A stretch of 64,000 bases of DNA from Paragordius varius (lineage: Eukaryota; Animalia; Nematomorpha), in NCBI GenBank assembly GCA_964247055.1, contig OZ176052.1, positions 3,286,001 to 3,350,000 on the forward strand. Direction: 5' to 3'. The notes below the pieces were generated by a model that saw nothing but the letters and a program-made list of their open reading frames with translations, was not told the origin of the DNA and did no database searches. A program made the translations under genes and the position numbers. Numbering within the stretch: position 1 is the stretch's first letter; each line of letters opens with the position of its first letter. Shown piece by piece: positions 35,545 to 46,825 of this stretch.

Positions 35545-36325
35545 TTAAGCTAAAATAACATTTTTTATTTTTTTATTCGTAATCTGGTTCATGAGAGTGT
35601 AATAAATTTGCAGTTTTATTTTGAAAACTCGCATGGGCGGGAATTACAAAGTAAAAAATTAATAGAAAATTGGATTAAGAAATAGTGGAATATCAACCGC
35701 CGTAGAAACCCAGTAAAAATATTATTTCGTTTTAGACAAACTTGTTAGTGAGATTTGTACGGATTGTTGGTTCATAATCCACCACCTGTAAATCCTATTT
35801 TGTATTATTTATATACTTTGTAAATCCCACTCATGTAAGATTCCAAAATAAAACAGCTAATTTATTATACACTCATAAACCAGATGACAAAAAAATGAAA
35901 ATTTGAAAAACAATATTTTTTAGTTTTATATATTTATAATTTTTTTCACAAAATATGAATGTTAAGAGTTTAAAAGTTATTTTATCTAATAAAAAATTAT
36001 TTAAATATAGTTCCATAAAATTTTTTGTGCATTAAGTATGTTTAAGGAAAAACACGATTTTTTGATCTGAGTTTTAATAAAACCCCTAACTATATGTTTT
36101 TTTAGGCTATTTATAAATTGTAAATATTGATAAAAGTATAATAAGTCTTAACATCTCAAGTTTTACCATTATTTTTTTGATTATGCTTAAAACTAATATT
36201 TTCTCTTTTTGCCCAATTTTTTTCTCTCATTATTTCAAAGGTAGTCTACAAAATTTTTGCCGCAAATGAATTTGCTGATTAGCTATTTTATGAAAAATTT
36301 TTGCTAAAAATATTTTTGCACAAAC
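35545..36325. repeat. Fold-back repeat plus ~600-bp segment also found at 45531-46158
   Basis: ATCTGGTTCATGAGAGTGTAATAAATTTGCAGTTTTATTTTGAAAACTCGCATG (~35580-35635) is inverted at ~35830-35886. 35728-36325 is colinear with 45531-46158 (e.g. CATGTAAGATTCCAAAATAAAACAG, TATACACTCATAAACCAGATGAC). Confidence 0.78.
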
Positions 36326-36623
36326 GTTCATATATCAATTGCACATTTTAGCTTTTAATAAGGATGACTTTAATGGGACTCATTAGGAAATAATATTTTA
36401 TGTGAGCTCTAAACCAACAAAGGAAACAATTGTATAGCTCATTATCATTAAAAATACCAAAATTAATTATTAATTATTTATTATTTCTATGAATTAATGT
36501 ATATTATTTTAAAGTAGTACAATATAACTTATCTAATATAATTGTATTTCTAAAGGTTATTTTAAAGGTTAATTTTATGGATTTTGGAATTATAATGATG
36601 GCAATCAATTTTCCTAACAAACT

Positions 36624-39600
36624 ATGTTCGTTCTCCTTAAGCAAACCATGAATAAGAATATTGTATCTATAACTTTTGTGTTATTCATATCCAACAACCT
36701 AATATCGACAAGTAAATTACAAGATTTTCCAATCACTCAATTAACCGGGCTGAAAGATGTCAATATTGGGGCTTTATATGAAATATACCATAGAAGTCCA
36801 AATCGAAACAGTATGTGTAGTAATTCTTTCAATGAGATAACGATAGTCAATGCCCTAAGTGTAATATACACAATATCGGTGTGGAATCAAAGATTATTTC
36901 GACCCAAATATAACATAAGTGTTGGTTATATCATATTACCTACTTGTAGGAATCCTGGAACAGCACAGGTTTTATCGTTGTTACATTAAGTATATAATTG
37001 AAGTATATTATACTGTTTAAAACAGGGCTGCCCAACACAAATGGTATTTTATTTCAAAAAAATCTCGGCGAGCCGCATTGATAAAATATAGCAAATGGAT
37101 ACATCAATAAATATTTTATTATATTTCAATAATGGGACTGTCAAAATTACAATCATCAGATATATATTAATTATTTAAATAGTTTATTCCGTTGGCAATA
37201 TCTTTACGGTTTTCGTTTTTAAAAATTTTGAATGATAATTTTACCTTAAAGATTTTAATGAAATCCATTTTAATCACAAATATGTGGCATATATAAATAT
37301 TCCATCTTATAAAATAACGCTTTACTGAATAATCAATGGTGTTATTAAACTATACAGATATTATTATAAAAAAATAATATATATCAATAATATTAATTTA
37401 ATTTTACTGAGATATTTTCTAAACTAAAAATGTTGTATTCATTTTTGCGCGGGCCGTTTTTTTGAAGAAGTGCGTGTTGGAAACGCCTGGTTAAAACAGG
37501 CGGGCATTTACTATTGATAATTCGGCCCAGTTATCAAGCGCTAAAATTCCTAATAATAAAATTTCACTTTTATAAAAAAAGGCAAACTAATGATTGATTT
37601 TACAATATATGTATACTTTATACCAGGGGTGCCTAACTTACAGCCGACGAGCCGCATACAGTTTTCCAAAAAATTTTGAAAAAAGCAAATAAATCCAATA
37701 ATTTATAATGTTAGAAATTTTTTCGTAAAAATTACAATTATACTGAAATATTATTTTTTGATAAAAATTATTAAGAATTACATATTTCGTTTATCATCAC
37801 CATTAATTGTTTAGTAAGGGCTATTTTAAGGCTTTGAATATTTAGATATACCACCTATTACCCTTATTTTTTCAATGCAGTCCGCCGGATTTTTAAAAAT
37901 GCGGTCCACGAAGGTTTGTGTGTCGGACACTCCTGCTTTAAGCGTTATAATACTGTATTATTAATCTTAAATGGTGATTTTAGAAATAGCCTTTACCATA
38001 ACACAAACTTTTGTACTAAATTTTCTAACAACCAATAAGGTCTAAAAGCAAATTACTTATTTATTTAGGCATGTTAAACAATTCAATATATACGCTCTTT
38101 ATAATTATACAACCAACGGTTAAAGTCATAACTGAAATATAATGATCCTAAAACTATAAAATACTTAAGAGCTTAAAATTTTTTGTTTTTCCGGTTTAAA
38201 AACCTCTATATAAGCTTACGAAAAGAACCATAACTGGAACCGGATGTATTTTTGGAAGGAAAATAGTTTTTTAGGTAGAAACCGCGATTCCGGTTTTCAT
38301 CCCTGAAACATTTACAGAAAATAAACAATTTGTCAAAGGAAATATATCATTGCAATATTATTTTGATAATCCTATTAACAAAATAAATTCCCAAGATTTT
38401 ATTTTTAACCAGATTCAAAGTATTATGTTGAATCGGATGAAAGGCAAGGTTAATCTGCGTGGTATTATTGGGCCTACATCAAGTTACGAAAGTCGAGTTA
38501 TATCACCATATCTGGGGTTTCACGCCATTCCACACATCAGTCCAGAAGTGAATTCTGCCACGCTGGTCGGAAAAGGGTATGTCATTTTTGTTTTAAGTTT
38601 GAATATGCTAAATGAAAATTTTTTTATCATAAAAGCATGCATGCATTGGGGCTTATTTGGATGTGAAATGCACATGTTGCCTTAATTTCCTGACTTAAAC
38701 TTTTCCTTTGTAATATTATATTTTTTGTTTTAATTGTTAAACCAGATTTAGGGCCATGTGATCAATTCACATAATATAAGCCAAGCGAAGTCGACTTAAA
38801 TGACTACCATATTTTCCTAATATTTTTTGTTTTTAACCTTTTATTAGGAAAAAAATGATGGATCAAACAATCTCTAAGTCCACTTATTGATAATTTTTCC
38901 GAAAAAACCGTTTCTAAAATTAACTCCTAAATCTAGATCCGATTTTATCCCTTACGACAAAAAAATATCTTTTTCTTGTGTTTGCGCCTTTGAAATGGTT
39001 TTTAATAATATTTAATATTATAAATATTTAATATTATTCTAGTTTCGAATACCTGTTTACCATTATAAAGAATCAAAAATTTTATCTGCATGCAATCCTC
39101 GATTTAATGAATTATTTCAATTGGAACGAAGTGACAATAATTTACTCGGAATTCTCGTTTTATCAATGGTTTGTAAAACAGCTAAAACAAGCCAGCCTTG
39201 TCCATAAAATATGTATTTTGGATACTATAATGATACCATTAAACACTGTTTTAAGTGATCCGCTTAGCCGAGAACCCAATACCGAGAGAAAGTTTACTAA
39301 ACTGCTAGGGAGGAAAGGACCTCAGCTTGTGTTACTACTTTGTTCTATTGACCACAGTTTACATGCCCTAAAGATCCTTCAACAGTTAAACGTGCTGTTT
39401 GATACTCCTTTATTGTTTGTAGGCATTGATACATGGCCCTCCACCTACATTCTTAACCATCATAAGTTAACCGATTTCGTCCTCGGTTCAATAATTATTT
39501 ACGATATAACAGCAAACAATAATTTGTTTGGAGGTTGGTTGAAAAATATTTCATCCCTAAATTATGGTGAAAGAGGTCGGCATCCTTGGTTATCTCACCT

Positions 39601-42600
39601 GCACCATGTATATAAAATGGATTACAGAAGATGGTATTTTTTAGTAGATGAGCGCATATCTCCAAACATTGATGCAACAACCGCCATACTTTATGCTATA
39701 GAAAATATTATCACCAAACAATGTTTACCCACCATTCATTCAGTTAATAATAAAACACAATTAATCGAATGTGTTATGGAGTCAAATTTACGAGACGCCA
39801 TTTTAAATGTCAGTTTTTATGGATTGACGGGTAGAATTAGTTTTAAAGGTGGTGCGAAGGAAATGGCGAATACGAGTGATAAACATACACTTAATTATGG
39901 GGTATATCTGGAAATTGGCAAACAAAAACTTTATAAGTTAAAAAAAGTTGGTCAAATCCCTGAACAAGGAAACATTACAATCACCGATAATTTATTTTGG
40001 AATAATATTAGTTTTACCAATGCGGTGGGAGCTCCTGCATTCAGATGTTCTAGACCTTGCCGGGCAAACGAACTCAAAGTTACAGGAACCAAAGTATTTC
40101 ATATTGATGATTAATGTATTTTACAAATGCATTTGTTATATTAAATTACATTATGGTATCAATTATGCCCAAATTGTATTAGTGTAAATATAAGGTTAAT
40201 GTGCTTAGAATTATCTTTTCTGCTAAACTTTTATTTTTAACATTTTATAACTTCTATATTCAAAGATTAGTAGTTAGTTATCAAATAGTCCTAATAATTT
40301 AGTGTATAATTACAAATTAAGATGAAAAATCATTTAATTTTTTTTAAATCAATAAAATAATTGGCGTCAACATAAAAACGCTGTAAATAAAAATTTACTT
40401 AATCTCATGGAATTACAACCAGGGCTTCGAACCGGAGCCGGAATCACATGGATCCTTAACCCGGTTCCGGTTCTAATCATCAGGAACAAGTTCCCTTTTG
40501 GTTTCACCTCCAAAATGAGTGGTTCCCAAATGGTTTTATTTTTTTAAAAAAATATACTGTTTAAAATATAACTTTAGATTGATTGCATAATAGCTTGTTT
40601 CTAGTTTTCCATCGAAATGAGATGACCACCATAATTTTAAAATTAATCATTAAAATATTATTTTTTAAAATAAAATAATCATATGATATTATTTTTTAAT
40701 GGAATACCATGTTAACAATTTTTGGAATATTTTACCCTTAACACCTGAAGAGAATCATAGATATAATTAATTGCTTTAAGATATGGATTGGGAACATTTA
40801 CCTTATTAATTAATGATTCTGGTAAAAAACCACAAACTTTAGCGCCCATAATCTATTACCCATAAAAATAATGAGCCACCCTAACCTCGGACCATGGGCC
40901 ACATGAGGCCCTTTCGATTTTTGGCCACAGTAAAAATAGTCAAATTTATCATGTAAGGTTCCATTAGTTGAAATACTATGGCTAAAAGTAACTTTCCACG
41001 CTATTATATTTTCAGATGTGAGAAATCTGATAACCAAATTACTTGTCGCAATCATTAACTCTAGTTAATACAGATACACCTATTACCTATCTTTGTACCT
41101 TACATTTAGCTATTTCATTTTTTATAAATTCTGTTTTGATTTACGATTTTTTATATTTTGGTTTATATTATAATAAAAATGTTATATGAATACTATTTAA
41201 TAAAACAGGAACCGAAATGAAACTGGTTTCAAATATATAGAACCGGTTCCGGAACTAATTCTAAGAAAAGCAGGCCAATTCCAACCGTCCAGGTACCAAA
41301 CCGGTTCTGGTTTAATTTTTCGAACCTATTCGAAGCCCTTTATAACATATTATATCCAGTTTATGATGAGTGTAAATTTTGGAATAATTAACGGAAAGTT
41401 TTTAAACAAAATAACAAAAAAAGTTTTGGAAAGTCAAAAATCTCACTACACCCATATTTGTTAGATTATAATATTTTTGAATAAATTTTTGTGCTGGCTT
41501 TCAAGAGCTTAAATATAGCCAAATCTTTGATTTTTGGTATAATTAATATTATCCGAATTGCTATGAATTAATTTATATCCTGTAAATTTATTATCCGAAA
41601 TATAAAATAATATAACTGATATTTTAAATAATTACATTAATGTTAGTTGGTTAACATTAGAAGTTTTTTACCACCAATGTGTTAATGGTATGTTATTTAA
41701 ATATTTTGTAGGTATGTTGTTGGACTTGCATAACTTGTAGAAAGCGTCAAATATTTACGCCTGTCGATCAATTAGCTAATCATAGTCTCCGACCATGTTT
41801 GGATTGCCCAAAGTATACATGGCCCCTGTACAATCGATCAAAATGTCAAAATTTGCCTATTCAACACATCGATAATCTCACTATTTATCCCTTCTTAGTA
41901 TTTGTTGGTACAATAGGTTTATTAAGCGCTTTAATTCTCATTATATCGTATGTGGTGAGTCAATCAAAAATTGAATACCAATTCGAGTATCGTCCACTTT
42001 TGTACGCTATGTATGCGAGTATTTTGTTAGGGTTCATCGGATATTTTCTCCTTATATCGAATCGACCGAATCCGAAAATTTGTGGGACTGCAACATTTTT
42101 GTATTCAAACTCAATTACAATGATACTAAGCGTTATCATTGCAAAACAATATATAATCTTGCGCAAGCAAAAAAATAAAGGCAAATCCACTAAAATTCAA
42201 AAGATGGCTGTTACAATATTTTCGGTTATCGTTGTGTTACAGGTATAATTTATGTATCTAATTAATTAATGATTGGCAATTCTATGTATATTGTGCTATA
42301 TTAAGGGTTATAAATATATTTTTCTCTAATTCGATTATTTTTGTATGAATCACCAGCCCTCAGACTCTGATAATTTTTAGTGCCACTTTGCTTATAAGGA
42401 AAATCTGATTTTAATCAGTAAACTGTTTCGGAAGTTTATCAATATATTCATGGTAAAAAATGTCAAAAAATTTTCATATCTATAGATTATTTAATACATA
42501 TTATATAAGTTTGTGTTTCAAATAAGTTTTGATATTTAAGTTAAGCATCTGACTTGCGAAAATCATAACCATAAATTAGTTAATATCTGGTGAATATTTG

Positions 42601-44279
42601 TTTATGACGGTTCAATGTAAAAAAATTTTCTAGAAAATTAGCGCCGCTTAATTTTTACACACTAGCTTTAATTTTATATTAAAAGCATATGATTAACCCG
42701 TTCGGTACTTGAGATGGAGAGATAAAATATAAGATTTAAGTAAAATTTGTCCAACGAAATAAAAGTCTATGCGTAATATAATGATTTTAAAGTGAAGTTA
42801 ACAAATTAATCGCCTAAATAAACAGATTTAACCCCGTCACAGGACTATTTACTTGTTGTCTTATTTTTTATTTGTAAAATTATTTGTTTAAATTTTGATT
42901 GCCTCGATTGTACCTTCGTTTTACGTGTATATGGTTCGTATTTTTATGGCTGGTTCGTAATATAGAATACCTATCAAATAATTAATTTTTATACTGCCTA
43001 TTAAAGTCAATTATACAAACACAAAGCATGTCAGAACACTAACATTGCAACAAACTGTTTTTAAAGTTTTAACGGAAAAATATAATTGTTTAATAACATT
43101 TTATTAAAAAATTAGAATATCTGTTGTTTAAGATATAGATCAGAAAACAATGAGACCGAACGTAAAACTATAAGTTTTGTTCAAACTAATATTTATATAC
43201 ATCTAGAACAACTAGAGAAAAATGTCCGGGAACCGTTAACAAAAACGTTTTTTTCAATCCCTGTTTATAAAAATATTACTCCTAATAATATCTATTGATT
43301 TAACTATGAATTGTTGCATCTATCTACTTTGAAAAAAAACAAAAATATTTGGTTAACAAGCATATGAATTTACTTTATTAAAAAATATTAATATTTTATT
43401 ATCCTGAATTATTATAAATTTGATAATAATATTTTTATATTTGTTTTTTATTTAAAAAAAGTGTAGGTTCAAATTCAATAACTCCCAATTAAAAGAAAAT
43501 TTGTAGGCACAGTAAACCAAAAATTGTGCCAACAAAATGGTTTTTAGTTAGCATCAATGAATATGCGTTGACATATTTTTAACCAACAATTATCAAACTA
43601 AGGATTTAAGTTATAATATGACTAACTTTATTATCCGCAAAAACATTTCTAGATTTTGTTGACAATCGTTGATTTCCACAACGGTACATCCACAGACAGG
43701 GTTGAATATATACCAAAGTCATTCATAGAATATGATGAAAGGACTGAAACTGTTCCGATGTTGACACCAAAACGTAATAAAGGTTTTAAAATGTGGAGGG
43801 CCAAATATCATAATATTGAAGCTCTTCCTCATATTGAGGAATACTGTTTACCTTATTTATGGCCTATGGATTTACTAAAGTTTTCTATATTATTTCACAT
43901 GAGCCTTATACTATTGCTTGTAATACAAGGTGTATCTATGTACCAAATCTTCTACCTTAATTATAGGGAAATTAATAGGTTACAAACACAAACCATTATA
44001 AATTGCATGGCTTATATACTAGGCATCGTGCTTTATTTCATGTGGACAGGATTCAGAGCCCACATAGCTATTCTATTAGTGTTTGCTACTATTTTGTTTA
44101 CACAATTATATTTTAACTTCAAAGCTCCCTTGCCATACTCGAAAAATCGGACAGGTCAAAGTTCTATTGCTATGCCTGGAACATTGGCTAATTCAAGTGG
44201 TGGTCAACAATCACAACGCAAAGTATCTCCTGTCACGAAAACTTTTAACGCAATTACAATTGATAAAAAATCGGAATAA
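36624..44279 (+). CDS. Class C GPCR paralog 2, 905 aa
   Basis: Exons 36624-36968, 38413-38576, 39043-40093, 41712-42242 and 43653-44279 total 2718 nt and are open. Same motifs as paralog 1 (DVNIGALYEI, RGIIGPTSSYES, FVGIDTW, CSRPC, CCWTCITC, IIAKQYII, YREI). Confidence 0.92.
37023..37488. mobile_element. hAT-type MITE in GPCR2 intron 1
   Basis: TIRs CAGGGCTGCCCAACAC / GTGTTGGAAACGCCTG, subterminal CGAGCCGCA and similar AT-rich flanks (GTTTAAAA / GTTAAAAC). Confidence 0.65.
37624..37935. mobile_element. hAT-type MITE in GPCR2 intron 1
   Basis: TIRs CAGGGGTGCCTAAC / GTCGGACACTCCTG, 8-bp TSD CTTTATAC / CTTTAAGC (6 of 8 match) and subterminal CGAGCCGCA. Confidence 0.75.
38220..38305 (-). mobile_element. 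Single hAT terminus (CAGGGATGAAAACCGG on the minus strand)
   Basis: TTTCATCCCTG at 38295-38305 with adjacent AACCGG-type subterminal motifs. No convincing partner end was found. Confidence 0.45.
40420..41340. mobile_element. hAT-type MITE (~920 bp) in the paralog-2-specific intron
   Basis: TIRs CAGGGCTTCGAA / TTCGAAGCCCT(T), multiple subterminal AACCGG/CCGGTT motifs at both ends, and TSD-like TTACAACC / TTATAACA. Confidence 0.7.
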
Positions 44280-45530
44280 AATACCAAAAATATAATGTAT
44301 AACAAAGTTACATTACCATAGAGTGACAAATTTTTGGGTCTATTTTGTATACTTTTCCATGCTATTATATGAGATGATTTTTGAATAAAAAATGGGAGAA
44401 TATTCAAGTGAAATGAATTCAAAAGAAACAAAATGCGCCAAACAGCTGATTGTTAGTTTGTGGCTATAACGCTTTTAAGCAGTAGGTAAAACAAAGAAAA
44501 AATGTTTTAATATATGTAGCTTTAATGGTAAAACCATCGCAATAGCTTCGGCCAAAACTTATTTAAGTTGTGGAAAATTTGAGTTTCAGTATACTTATAA
44601 TCCTAACATTTAAAATTTTTCAAACTCTTATGCTTTTATGTCAAAAATTAAAGTTTTCAATGCATATAAATGTACTATAATTTTAACATTTTTACTTGCG
44701 TAAGGTCAAAATAATAGGTTGTGGTCCATTTTGGTTCTTAGTTATTGATCTTATGATCGCATATTTTCCCGGATTATAAATCCTCGTTACTTTTTTCCAA
44801 TAAAATCTAGTCACTCACCTGTTGGACCCTGAAATTTAACATACTATGATTAATGCTTAAAATGATTATGATTTAATGAAAATTTGTGTATTATTATTAT
44901 AATTTATAATAAATGTATTATGTCGTATACAATTTATTATTGCTAAGATTTAACAAAAAAGGATTGCTGTTTACTCATCAATATACACAGGCAGTGAATA
45001 TTTTGGAGCGTATTTAAAATTATCCCGAAAATAATCATCAGACTCTCATTGTGCCACTTTTGGGGCTTACGACTCATTCAAGCTTTCATTTTTGTGGTGG
45101 TTGCCCATGAATCGCAAAATTGGCTCTCTATAGATAAAATTTTGATAACCTAAAATATGGTGCTATGCATAATAGTAAAATATATATTTACAAAGTAAAG
45201 CAATATTTATAATTAATATACTAGCTCAAATCCCTAATTTTTTGGGCCCCACTCGAATGGTCTAGTTTTTTAGAAAAATAAATTAAAATGTGGAAAATTC
45301 ACGATAACACTTTTTATGCAAAATTGTAAAAATAAAATAAACTTGTAAAAAATATCTTTATTTTGCTTAAAAGTTGAATATTAACGAAATTTTGTTAAAG
45401 TATACATTATCTATGAAGCCACGGTATTTTGTTTGTTTTGATTTTGAATAATAGACTATCGGAGTGAAGCGCTTAAAATTAAATATATTTTAAAATAGTC
45501 ATTAAAATGTTTTTTTTGAACAAACAGGTC

Positions 45531-46158
45531 TGTTTTTAGACAAATTAATATTTTTGTTGAGATTTGTACGGATTATTGGTTGATATTGCACTACTTTTAA
45601 ATGCTATTTTGCATAAATTCTTTATAATTTCCTATCATGTAAGATTCCAAAATAAAACAGTATAAATTTTTTATACACTCATAAACCAGATGACACAAAA
45701 ATGAAAAAATAAAAAACAATATTTTTTGGTTTTATTTTGATATATAAGTTTTTTTACTGAATAAAATATGAATGTTAAGATTTTAATAGTGAGTTTAGCT
45801 AGTAAATAATTAAAAAAAATTATTTTAATATAGTTTCATGAAAAAATTTTGTCTTTTAAGTGTGTTAAATGAAAAACGCCATCTTTTGAGCTAAGATTTT
45901 ATAGAAACCCTAACTATATAATTTTAGGCTATTTATATATTGAAAATATCTCCTAAAATGAAAACCATAATATCTCAAATTTTATCATTATTTTTTGAAA
46001 TATCCTTATAACCTTAATTTTCCCTTTTGCCTGATTTCGATTTTCTCTCAATATTTCAAAACTAGGTCGTAAACAAATAAAATTTTTACGGCAAATGAAT
46101 ACGCTGGTCATGAGCTATCTCATGAAAAAAAATTATTTCGTTATTTTTTTGCACACAA
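45531..46158. repeat. Second copy of the ~600-bp segment, upstream of GPCR3
   Basis: Colinear with 35728-36325 and in the same orientation. Confidence 0.8.
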
Positions 46159-46825
46159 AGTATCTGAATAATTTAGATATTTTTACTATAAAATAGCGTA
46201 ATTAAATATGTTAACTTTATTTATTACTTAAAATAAATATATTTTTTTTAAATTAATTATTTCTGTCACCATCATATTTTATAAAAGAAATTAAATTTAT
46301 CCATATGATATATTATAACATAAATAATTTGATTAACATAATCCAATTGTTAATAATAATACAATAATCCTAATTTGGATGAGCTATAAGTGAATTTTTG
46401 AATGCAAATATTAACCTTCTCTCCAGGAGGGGAAAATGACGTATTTTTTATTTCTTTAAAAAATTAATTGGAAGTTGTAATTATAAACGGAAATCAGATT
46501 CATTAAAAAAATAATGAACAGAATACAATTAAAAAGGGGTAATAAATAAAAAGGAGTCCCAATTATATTAATAATTATCTATTTATACAATAATACAATA
46601 TTGATTTTTTTTCGTCTCTAAAAATTTATCCCGTTGTATTAAAAAATTTAAATTTAATTATTTTCTAATTTTATTTTCTTTTTTTAAAAATTATATTTTT
46701 CTTTTCCTAATTATGAGAATTCTATTGTAAAGACTTGTCATCATAAAAATATTTATCGGCCCAATTTAGATACATATACGCTAACAATTTTTAAACCCTG
46801 CAAAATACATCCAATTACAATAATA

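Noticed and set aside
42685-42850. TTAA|CCC piggyBac-like left ends in the last GPCR2 intron
   Set aside because: No matching GGG|TTAA right end or inverted repeat was found.
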